From an uncultured Rivularia sp. (GTDB lineage Bacteria; Cyanobacteriota; Cyanobacteriia; Cyanobacteriales; Nostocaceae), in the NCBI GenBank assembly GCA_963665115.1, contig OY762007.1:4132341-4164340 (forward strand): 32,000 nt of DNA, in the 5' to 3' direction. Positions 21,440 to 29,915 of this stretch are shown one piece after another. Each line of letters opens with the position of its first letter. Within the stretch, counting starts at the first letter, position 1. The position numbers and the translations under genes are program-made. The notes under the pieces were generated by a model that was given only the letters and a program-made list of their open reading frames with translations, did no database searches and was not told the DNA's origin.

Positions 21440-23578
21440 ATGAAAGCCGTTTTACAACACAGCGAAGAAGATTGTGGTGCTGCTTGTTTGGCTACTGTTG
21501 CGAAACACTACGGTAGAACTTTCACTCTGAGCAGAATGCGAGAATTTGTTGGTACGGGTAGTCAAGGTACTACTCTTTTAGGGTTGAAGCGGGGAGCAGA
21601 AAATTTAGGATTTAATGCTCGTACACTCAGAGCTACTCCTAAGCTGATCGAATCGTTAGATCAAATAACTTTGCCTGCAATTATTCACTGGAAGGGCTAT
21701 CACTGGGTAGTATTATTCCAGCAAAAGGGAAACAAATATGTAATTGCAGATCCTGCTGTGGGTATACGCAACCTTAGCAAGCGGGAATTAACGCAAGGTT
21801 GGGTAAATGGCGTAATGTTGCTCTTAAACCCCGATGATAACCGTTTTTACCAACAAGAATCAGATAAGATAGACGGTTTTGGTCGTTTTTTGAAACGGGT
21901 TTTACCTTATCGGTATATTTTAGCAGAAGCGATCGCCATTAATATTGTGGTGGGTTTGCTGGCTTTGGCAACTCCTTTTATGATGCAAATACTGACGGAT
22001 GATGTATTGGTTAGGGGTGATATCCAGCTTTTAACTACTGTCAGTATTGCGGTGATGGGGATGAATGTTTTTCGCTCTGCAATTGGTATTGTGCAATCCC
22101 ATCTTGTAGGACAATATGCTCAACGGTTAGAATTAGGTTTGATTTTAGATTATGGCTATAAGCTGCTACGTTTACCTTTATCTTATTTTGAAGCTCGTCG
22201 TAGTGGAGAAGTTGTTAGCCGTATTAGTGATGTTAGGAAAATCAATCAACTGGTTTCTCAAGTTGTTTTAAGTTTACCCAGTCAATTTTTTATCGCTGTC
22301 ATCTCTTTAGGGATAATGTTATTTTACAGTTGGCAGCTTGCTTTGGCTTCTATACTCGCTTTTATTATAGTTATAGCTGTTAACTTTTTATTTTTACCCG
22401 CATTGCGCCAAAAAACCCGCGCTACGATTATTTTAGGTACGGAAAATCAAGGTTTTTTGGTAGAAACATTTCGCGGTATTCAAATTCTCAAAACAACTCA
22501 GGGAACTCCCCAAGCTTGGGAGGAATATCAAGCTAATTACAGTCGTCTTGCTAATCTCAACTGGAGTACTATGAAGTTGGGATTATATAGCAACACATTT
22601 ACAACTTTGCTCAATAGTCTGACAAATGTTGGTTTACTTTGGCTGGGCAGTTATTTTGTAATTAATCGCACCCTCAGCATCGGACAATTACTTGCTTTTA
22701 ACGGTATGAGCGGTAATTTCTTAGGCTTTTTAGGTGTCGCGATGGGATTAATTGATGAATTTATTACTGCTCAAGTAGTAATTAAACGGTTGACTGAAGT
22801 TTTAGATGCGAAAGAGGAAGATGAAAACGGGAATGAAAAACCTTGGGTAGAAATTTCAGAAAAAGCCAATATCGTCTGCGACAAACTTAATTTTCACCAT
22901 CAAGGTAGAGTTAACCTGCTCAAGGATTTTTCTTTAACTATTCCCGGTGGAAAGGTGACAGCTTTGATTGGACAATCTGGCTGTGGTAAAAGTACTTTAG
23001 TTAAAATTATTGGCGGATTGTACGAATTGCAATCGGGAAATATCCGCTACGATATTTACAATCAAGACGATATTTCCTTAGAATGTCGCCGACAGCAGAT
23101 AGTATTAGTTCCCCAAGAGCCTCATTTTTGGAGTCGCTCAATTGTTGATAATTTCCGCTTTGCCTATCCTAGCGTTGATTTTGAACAAATTGTTAAAGCT
23201 TGTCAGATAGCTTATGCAGATGAATTTATCAGCGAATTACCAGATAAATACCATACTATTTTAGGGGAATTTGGTACAAACCTTTCTGGGGGACAAAGAC
23301 AAAGATTAGCGATCGCCAGAGCAATTGTCACAAACCCACCGATTTTAATTTTAGATGAATCTACTGGTGCTTTAGATCCAGTTTTGGAAAGTAAAGTATT
23401 AGAAAGCTTATTAGAATATCGTCAAGGAAAAACAACGATTATGATTAGTCATCGCCCTAGAGTCATTGGACGTGCGAACTTTATTGTACTGTTGGAAAAA
23501 GGAGAATTGCAGCTTACAGGTAATCCTCAAGAATTACTACAAAAACCAGGGAAACATTTAGATTTTCTAACACCTTGA
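21440..23578 (+). CDS. Peptide-processing ABC exporter with an N-terminal C39 peptidase domain (712 aa)
   Basis: The C39 triad candidates are HSEEDCGAACLATVAKHYG (Cys), GYHWVVLF (His) and IADPAVG (Asp). The protein has six predicted TM segments, Walker A GQSGCGKST, signature LSGGQRQRLAIARA and Walker B ILILDE. Confidence 0.9.
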   Translation: MKAVLQHSEEDCGAACLATVAKHYGRTFTLSRMREFVGTGSQGTTLLGLKRGAENLGFNARTLRATPKLIESLDQITLPAIIHWKGYHWVVLFQQKGNKYVIADPAVGIRNLSKRELTQGWVNGVMLLLNPDDNRFYQQESDKIDGFGRFLKRVLPYRYILAEAIAINIVVGLLALATPFMMQILTDDVLVRGDIQLLTTVSIAVMGMNVFRSAIGIVQSHLVGQYAQRLELGLILDYGYKLLRLPLSYFEARRSGEVVSRISDVRKINQLVSQVVLSLPSQFFIAVISLGIMLFYSWQLALASILAFIIVIAVNFLFLPALRQKTRATIILGTENQGFLVETFRGIQILKTTQGTPQAWEEYQANYSRLANLNWSTMKLGLYSNTFTTLLNSLTNVGLLWLGSYFVINRTLSIGQLLAFNGMSGNFLGFLGVAMGLIDEFITAQVVIKRLTEVLDAKEEDENGNEKPWVEISEKANIVCDKLNFHHQGRVNLLKDFSLTIPGGKVTALIGQSGCGKSTLVKIIGGLYELQSGNIRYDIYNQDDISLECRRQQIVLVPQEPHFWSRSIVDNFRFAYPSVDFEQIVKACQIAYADEFISELPDKYHTILGEFGTNLSGGQRQRLAIARAIVTNPPILILDESTGALDPVLESKVLESLLEYRQGKTTIMISHRPRVIGRANFIVLLEKGELQLTGNPQELLQKPGKHLDFLTP

Positions 23579-23629
23579 GAATATAGCGCTTTTCACCGTT
23601 GATGGAATACACATTAACCTCACCCCCAT

Positions 23630-23654
23630 CCCCTCTCCTTGTCAAGGAGAGGGG
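23630..23654. terminator. GC-rich hairpin downstream of the ABC exporter gene
   Basis: CCCCTCTCCTT (23630..23640) pairs perfectly with AAGGAGAGGGG (23644..23654) across a 3-nt loop. Confidence 0.5.
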
Positions 23655-23775
23655 TGGAAGGAAAGGGGTAAGGTTGCGACTTATGGACTCAATTGAAAAC
23701 TGCTATATATGAGTATTCCTAAACAAAGGTGAGATGACTATTAATAGCATTCCTAAATCATTTGTGAGATTTTAG

Positions 23776-23804
23776 AAACCCGGTTTTTTGGAAAAACCGG
23801 GTTT
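23776..23804. terminator. Bidirectional terminator-like hairpin between the convergent ABC and protease genes
   Basis: AAACCCGGTTTTT (23776..23788) pairs perfectly with AAAAACCGGGTTT (23792..23804). The 13-bp stem has T and A runs built into both arms. Confidence 0.6.
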
Positions 23805-23854
23805 GTGGCACCTACCTTTTTTACGACTCATCTAGGATTGCTATATGAGTATTC

Positions 23855-26067
23855 CTAAACAAAGGTAATATCGCTATCCAGATTAAAACCAGATCCATTT
23901 AGGGAAGCAACGGTATTTCCTTCATAGGATAAAGTACCGCCAACTGTGATTGTCTGTTTGAATGGGGCCCCCATCCGATATTTATAGTCTGAGAACTATA
24001 ACTAAAGTCATCCAAACTAGCATCAGAAATTCCAAGAGCTTGAACATCTATACCGATTTTGTCTCCCTGGCTAGAATTAAAGTCAGTAATTATGTCATAA
24101 CTACCAAAATCATCTAAGACGAACAAGTCACTACCATTATTACCACTGAGAGTATCTCTTCCGGCACCACCATACAAAGTATCGTTACCAGCTTTACCAA
24201 GTAGATTATCCTGTCCGGAACCACCATAGACAATATCGTGGTTAGCACCAGCATAGATAGTATCATTACCGTCACCACCTACCAAGATGTCGTTGCCATT
24301 ATAGCCTTTGATGAAATCTGCACCATCGCTACCAAAAATATAATCGATACTATTTGAACCATTTAGAGTATCGTTACTGTTCGTACCTGCTTGGAAGTTA
24401 TCATTAAAACCGGCTAAAACCCCCGTGGTACCAGCAGCGGTAATTGCCATGCCTAAGTTATAAGCATCTACTCTCTGGAAATCTAACCCTGTATTGGTAA
24501 CGTTATCATTTTCGTCATCACCGTCATTAATAGTCACACCAGTAACTTGCATTAAATCGCGGAATTCTTCTACAGATAATCTGCGTCCTAATTCTTGTAC
24601 TGCTAAGTCTTGGGCTAAAGTAGCGATACCAGCAATGAAAGGTGAAGCTTGAGAGGTACCTGCCGATGCCATATATCCACCAGTAGCATTAGCACCAGTA
24701 ATTAATGCTCCAGGAGCAAAAATATCGAGTAAAGTTTCGTGTCTTTGGGAAAAACTAGCAATCCTATCTACATCGCTGCTGTAATCAGTTGCACCACTGC
24801 CATAACCAATTGCACCTTCATTCTCTTCATATACTGCACCTACGGTAATAACATCCGAATGTGCGCCAAAGACATTGACTCCCTGTTCGCTGCTATTGCC
24901 ATAAAAATCGTTACCAGCAGCAGCAGCGACTATGACATCATTATTTGCTAAAGTCTGAAATACATTGCTAAAACTACTAACTACTTCAGTATTGTAATTA
25001 CCAGAACCAAGGGATAAGTTAACGCTGGCAATATTATAGGTATCGATGTTACTTGTCACCCATTGTAAGGCTTCATAAACATCAGTCATAGAAGCGCTAA
25101 GGCCACTATCATCAAACACTTTTAAGTGAATGATATCGGCACCAGAGGCAATGTTCCCAGCGATGCTAGAAACGTGAGAACCATGTCCGTTATAGTCTTG
25201 AGCATTATTGTCATTGTTGCCATAAAAATCATAAGAATAAGCAATGCGATCGGCAAAAACGGAATGGTCTAAGTCAATTCCGGTATCAATGATAACCATT
25301 GAAAAACCAGAACCATCAACGTTAGCGCCAAAAGTGTTATTAAAATCATCCAATCCAACAGCATCATAGCCACTGTCAAATTGAGGTGTGAAAACATCTT
25401 CAGAACTTACATCAACTCTGATTACTTCTTGGGTTGTAGCAACAAATTCCTCATTTACAGATTCTGAGTTGGAAGTATTGCTATTCTCACTTACACTATT
25501 GTCAGATTCGGTATTTTCAGCTTCAGTTTGATTTTGAACCTGGCTATTGTTGGTTTGACCGTTCTCAGATTCTTCTAAGTCTTGATTATCTTGGAAAAGA
25601 TTTTCAGAATTATTCGAGTTTGATAAATCAAAATCTTTTTCTTTTTCTGGTTTATTTGGATTGGATTTATTATTAACAGTTGTTTTCTTGACGATTTTAG
25701 GTAAATCTGCAAAAAAGTCTTCTCGTAAATTGTAATTATTTAGAAGAGATAAAACTTCTTTGAAGCTATTATAAATATTGGCGCTATTTACCTCATTTTC
25801 TACATCTACAGTTGTGCTGTTTGTATTTAGTATGTTATTAACTTCTGCTACATACTGGCTATTATCAGATACAACTTGTTGCAGATTATTTATTTGCTCA
25901 TCAGTCAAAGATAAATCACTTACACCATAGTTGGTAAGCATCCACCATTCGACAAACCCCGCTTTCCATTCACCATCTGTTAACTGTTCCCAATACTCAT
26001 CTGAAAATACTTTTTCCAATTTTTCTTTATTCTTAACTGCTGAATTTTTATGGTTATTTACAGACAT
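23855..26067 (-). CDS. Subtilisin-like (S8) serine protease with C-terminal RTX repeats, and an apparent 1-nt deletion at a G/C run (23964..23972)
   Basis: The catalytic triad motifs are MVIIDTGIDLDH (Asp), NGHGSHVSSIAG (His) and GTSQASPFIAG (Ser). RTX repeats are present (GGDGNDTIYAGANHDIVYGGSGQDNLLGKAGNDTLYGGAGRDTL). The track ORF ends oddly at 23899 (..GWGPHSNRQSQLAVLYPMKEIPLLP*). The neighbouring frame continues as APFKQTITVGGTLSYEGNTVASLNGSGFNLDSDITFV* to 23855. The total of 2213 nt plus 1 equals 738 codons. There is no Cys and no signal peptide. Confidence 0.85.
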
Positions 26068-26227
26068 GATAATTCTCTCAAATTTATAAAATTGTTAAAA
26101 TTTTGTTTGTCTTATTTGAATAGAGAGTTGAAGTTTTTCTCTATCTGTTAAACATCATATTTATTATTTTTCTAATCGTAAATAGAAAATTGATGATATT
26201 TTGTTGTAGAAAATAAATGGTTTATGT

Positions 26228-26251
26228 AAAGTTGATAATAGTTGATAAAAG
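26228..26251. promoter_or_regulatory. Array B: two 10-bp-phased AAAGTTGATA-type repeats upstream of the protease gene
   Basis: The sequence is AAAGTTGATA ATAGTTGATA AAAG, 161..184 bp upstream of the ATG at 26067 on the minus strand. Confidence 0.55.
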
Positions 26252-26490
26252 TAAATGCTTTTTCTAATTACTATTGACATTTAGCGAATATATTAAGTAA
26301 TATTTTTTTATCTTAAGTATATTAATCGAGATGAATTCACTTTATTCAAAATGAAAAATATATTGAAATACTGTTTGATTGCTGAAACTAATACTTTACC
26401 CGATACCCGTTTATGGTTGCGGCTGATAGCCTGCGGGCTTTTGCCATCCGAAGGGATGCTTTCTGCTCAATTATCTGGACTTGATGTTGA

Positions 26491-26524
26491 ACAAAAAAAT
26501 AGAGATGTCAAACTAAACATCTCC
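26491..26524 (-). terminator. Rho-independent terminator of the peptide/hlyD operon
   Basis: The minus strand reads GGAGATGT-ttagtttg-ACATCTCT followed by ATTTTTTT. It lies about 80 bp downstream of the hlyD-like stop at 26601. Confidence 0.6.
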
Positions 26525-26600
26525 AAAAGAAAAGAAAATAGAACACAATAAGTTTTACCCACCAAAAAATAATGACTTATATATAATTTTATAAAAATAT

Positions 26601-28187
26601 TTATAAATTAACTAATAACCTCGCTTTTCTCAGCATAAATGTTAAAACTGTTTCTTCCTTAGAAATAATATCTGCACTACCTTCCATACCTAATTGAATA
26701 TTACATTGTTTCCCAGCTACATTTAAGATTAAATTATCGGGTTTAATTTGTACTTGATAACTTGCTCCTTGAGGAACTATTCCCATTGGGGAAGCGGAGT
26801 TAGAAGCAATTGAATTAGATTGAGGATTGATTGCATCGGGGGAAATACTGCTAACCCTTCCTTTAAGAGTTCCATAATCGGGATAGGGACAAGCTGATAC
26901 TCGCATATGTACTATTTGCCCAAGCTCAACTTTACTGATTTCCCCAGAGGGTATGCTGGCTTTAATTTCTAAAGGTGTGTCACTAGGAGCAATTTGAGCA
27001 ATCATTTCTCCAGCACGAATCACCTGGGAGGTATTTCGCAAATTTAATTGGGCAATTATTCCAGAAGCGGAAGCTCGAATGTTAATATCTTCTAGTTCGG
27101 TTTCTATTTGTTGTAAATCTTTTTTATAAGTTTGTAATTGATTCTGTAACTGTGCTTGATTTTGCATCAATTGTTCTTTTTGCTGCTTGAGTCTGGATGA
27201 AGTCGCTTCTCCCCTAGCTCTTTCTTGTGCAATTCTTTCTCGTGCGATCGCAATTTCTGCTGGAGTAGGATTAAGAGTAGTTTTTACCTTCTTTAATCTT
27301 GCATTCGCTACTTCTATCGCTCTTTGTTGCTTAGCAACGGTTTGTTTATGAGCTTCAACTATGGCTTTTTGTGATTCTAGAGCTTGTTGTTGTTGCTCGA
27401 CTGCGAGAATAGCTTCATCATATCTGTCTCGGGAAAGCGCACCCGATTCAACAATTGATTTATAGCGATCGCGCTTTTTCTTTGCTGTTTTTAAGGAAGC
27501 TGCGGTAGAGCGTAAATTAGCTTGAGCCGATTTTAATTCTGATTTACTTCTTCGTAAATCTTCTTGCATTAATCTAACATTAGCCGTCGCTTCTTCAACA
27601 TCGGAGATAGCGCTAATTTGACGGTTTTGATGCTCCCTTTGAGTACGTTGCAATTCCGCTAATCCAGAAGCTACTGCGCGGTTGGTTTGTTCTGCTTCTG
27701 CTCTAATTTGATTATCTAATGCTACAATTTGTGCTGTTAATTGAGTTAATTGAATTGTACTTTGTTGAATATTTCCTGCTAGGTGACTTTTCTTAGTTTG
27801 TAAACGAGAATCATCAAGTACGGCAATGATATCTCCTTGTTTAACTTGTTGATTTCCCTTAACTAAAATACTATTTACCGTTCCTTCCGTCGCAGCTTGC
27901 ACCAAACGCAATTCCCCAGCCGGACGAATTGTCGCGGGAACTTTAACTGTAGTCTTATATTTAAGGATACTTGTAAGAGTAACACCCGCACCAAAAGCAG
28001 CTAAAAGTACTAAACCGCCAATCGTAGTCCATTTACCAATAGGAGGTAAAAAATCTTCTGGATTTGCAGTATTTATAGATTCTAAATTAATTCCTTTGGG
28101 TGATGGTATTGCTTTTTCGATTGATTTTTCTACCCCAGAGAAGGAATTTATATTATTTGATATTGAAGGAATATCGGCATTAGTCAT
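26601..28187 (-). CDS. HlyD-family membrane-fusion (periplasmic adaptor) protein, 528 aa
   Basis: It has an N-terminal TM segment (WTTIGGLVLLAAFGAGVTLTSIL) and a lipoyl-like motif (VKQGDIIAVLDD). A long coiled-coil region rich in Q, A, R and E follows, then a C-terminal beta-barrel region. Confidence 0.88.
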   Translation of the reverse strand: MTNADIPSISNNINSFSGVEKSIEKAIPSPKGINLESINTANPEDFLPPIGKWTTIGGLVLLAAFGAGVTLTSILKYKTTVKVPATIRPAGELRLVQAATEGTVNSILVKGNQQVKQGDIIAVLDDSRLQTKKSHLAGNIQQSTIQLTQLTAQIVALDNQIRAEAEQTNRAVASGLAELQRTQREHQNRQISAISDVEEATANVRLMQEDLRRSKSELKSAQANLRSTAASLKTAKKKRDRYKSIVESGALSRDRYDEAILAVEQQQQALESQKAIVEAHKQTVAKQQRAIEVANARLKKVKTTLNPTPAEIAIARERIAQERARGEATSSRLKQQKEQLMQNQAQLQNQLQTYKKDLQQIETELEDINIRASASGIIAQLNLRNTSQVIRAGEMIAQIAPSDTPLEIKASIPSGEISKVELGQIVHMRVSACPYPDYGTLKGRVSSISPDAINPQSNSIASNSASPMGIVPQGASYQVQIKPDNLILNVAGKQCNIQLGMEGSADIISKEETVLTFMLRKARLLVNL

Positions 28188-28223
28188 GGTTAAAGGAAAA
28201 CAGGTAAATTTAAGAAAAGAAAA

Positions 28224-28253
28224 GGTAGAGATATTGTATTTAACATCTCTACC
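28224..28253 (-). terminator. Hairpin (possible attenuator) between the peptide genes and hlyD
   Basis: GGTAGAGAT (28224..28232) pairs perfectly with ATCTCTACC (28245..28253). On the minus strand the stem is followed by TTTTCTTTTCTT. Confidence 0.5.
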
Positions 28254-28317
28254 AAAAAAAGTGTATAAGAGAATATTTTTTAAGGCAATTAGATGAAAAT
28301 TCTCATAATTTTTACTA

Positions 28318-28463
28318 TTAAATACTTATCCTCCAAGTAGACGGTACAAAGCTATAAGCAAGAAAAAATCCACCAGTTAAGTTTTCAGAAGATTCATCTG
28401 ACAACACTTGAAATATTTTTTTTTAACTTCAGTAGCTATATTTTTCTTCTTTTTGATAGACAT
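28318..28463 (-). pseudogene. Third double-glycine-leader peptide gene, out of frame at a 9-nt homopolymer (28416..28424)
   Basis: The ATG frame reads MSIKKKKNIATEVKKKYFKCCQMNLLKT*. The other frame reads IFQVLSDESSENLTGG|FFLAYSFVPSTWRISI*. One extra A (A10) would fuse them into a 48-aa precursor. The 5' leader AAAACTTGGAG is shared with its two paralogues. Confidence 0.6.
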
Positions 28464-28598
28464 GACGATTTTCTCCAAGTTTTGAAAAAGGTTTTATTTA
28501 ATTTTGGTTTATGAGTGAAGCTGAAAGATTTAGTAATCTAGGTAGTGTATAGTTTGCTTTGATTTTCTTACTTCAAAAGCTTATCTAGGTTCTTACCT

Positions 28599-28853
28599 TT
28601 ACGATTTGATTAATATTATGTCTACTTGAGCTTCTTGTTCATCTGATGAAGTTATTGTTGTTTCTCCGATCACTGTTCCTTCTCCGTCATAATTATCGGC
28701 AAACTTAAATAATTTTTTAAGTTCATTTAACCACGAACTACTACTAAACAGTTTATTTAAAATTGAAGCAGTAATAAATCCACCAGTTAACTGTTCGGAA
28801 GCATCATCTGACAATTCTTCAAACAAATGTTGTTGATTTTTGTTACTAAACAT
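28599..28853 (-). CDS. Double-glycine-leader peptide precursor 2 (84 aa)
   Basis: The leader is MFSNKNQQHLFEELSDDASEQLTGG. The 59-aa Cys-free core is FITASILNKLFSSSSWLNELKKLFKFADNYDGEGTVIGETTITSSDEQEAQVDIILIKS. Confidence 0.75.
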   Translation of the reverse strand: MFSNKNQQHLFEELSDDASEQLTGGFITASILNKLFSSSSWLNELKKLFKFADNYDGEGTVIGETTITSSDEQEAQVDIILIKS

Positions 28854-28975
28854 TATTTTAAATCCAAGTTTTTACCAAAGATTTGAGTTAGTTGTACCTT
28901 GAGTGAAGTTGAATTATTTCGTAAATTGGGTACTACTCTACTTTAATTTCATAAAAATAGAGTTTTTTTAGATTT

Positions 28976-29005
28976 GTTAGAGATATTATAAATAACATCT
29001 CCAAC
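28976..29005 (-). terminator. Hairpin after peptide gene 1, related in sequence to the one at 28224..28253
   Basis: GTTAGAGAT (28976..28984) pairs with ATCTCCAAC (28997..29005) with one wobble. It has the same AGAGAT..ATCTC core and a 12-nt loop. Confidence 0.4.
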
Positions 29006-29048
29006 AAGATTGCACCTCAATCACTCAAAGTATTTAACGGCTTTATAA

Positions 29049-29288
29049 TTAACCAAACATTGAGTTATATTGCGCGAGCAACATTGGTTTTACAATATTT
29101 CTCAAAAATTTTGGAAAAGACTTTAATGTATTGCCAAACATTTCATTAAATGATGGGGGTTCGTCTGTAATATATGTTGGTTGAATATCTTTGGATTCTG
29201 CATACAGTTGTTCTCCACCAGTCAAATTTTCAGAAGCTTCATCTGACAATACTTCAAATAATTGCTCTTGATTTTTGTTAATAGACAT
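29049..29288 (-). CDS. Double-glycine-leader peptide precursor 1 (79 aa)
   Basis: The leader is MSINKNQEQLFEVLSDEASENLTGG. The 54-aa Cys-free core is EQLYAESKDIQPTYITDEPPSFNEMFGNTLKSFPKFLRNIVKPMLLAQYNSMFG. Confidence 0.75.
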   Translation of the reverse strand: MSINKNQEQLFEVLSDEASENLTGGEQLYAESKDIQPTYITDEPPSFNEMFGNTLKSFPKFLRNIVKPMLLAQYNSMFG

Positions 29289-29410
29289 TGTTTGAACTCC
29301 AAGTTTTAAAAAAGGTTTTAAGTTGTTTTAAGCCTTGATTGAGGTTTTGCTTTGCTGTTCCTCCATCTGTAAACAATACTAAACGTTTTTTCTCTCAGTG
29401 TAAATAAACA

Positions 29411-29472
29411 AAAGTTGATATCTTTTTTGAAGAATAAACCAACATTTTCATCAAAGTTGACAAAAGTTGATA
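29411..29472. promoter_or_regulatory. Array C: AAAGTTGATA at 29411..29420 plus the tandem pair AAAGTTGACA AAAGTTGATA at 29453..29472, upstream of the peptide operon
   Basis: The array lies 123..184 bp upstream of the ATG at 29288 on the minus strand. It has the same orientation relative to its gene as arrays A and B. Confidence 0.55.
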
Positions 29473-29915
29473 TATCCGTTTTTTGCCCTTGCAAAAAACT
29501 TGATTGTTGGTGTAATAGTTATTCTTTGCTTTTAATTTTTTTTGATTAAATATGATTGCTTAGCTTAAGATATTTAATATATGTAATTATTCCCACATTC
29601 TTGATAAGAAAGAAGTAAATTAATTAGTGATTATTTTAAATAAAATATGAAGCTGTTGATTTTTTTCTAGTAATTTTCACTAACATTTGTTTCTATATCC
29701 GCAAATACCACGACTCGAAGAGAAATAATGCAACTACAACTGTCACAGCATTCGCAGCGGAATTTTACGAAATTATATGATTGCGAGCGGTAGCCTTAAC
29801 GGCAGCTTTGCGGAACGAAAGTGTAGCGTGTCCCGTATGGACTCAGCAATTTACCCTTATACTGGGAATGTTTACTGTTACGCTACTTCCAGCTTAATAT
29901 TGCTCCGATAAATGA

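Noticed and set aside
26351-26551. A 66-aa ORF between the protease and hlyD genes.
   Set aside because: It overlaps the minus-strand terminator hairpin (26491..26524) and a GC-rich dispersed-repeat-like stretch. It has no recognisable motif or ribosome-binding site.
17690-29700. NtcA-type sites (GTA-N8-TAC) in the cargo promoter regions and upstream of the recombinase genes.
   Set aside because: I found only partial matches, for example GTA-N8-AAT at about 26226 and GTA-N8-CAC at about 29585, and none with both half-sites. There is not enough to report.
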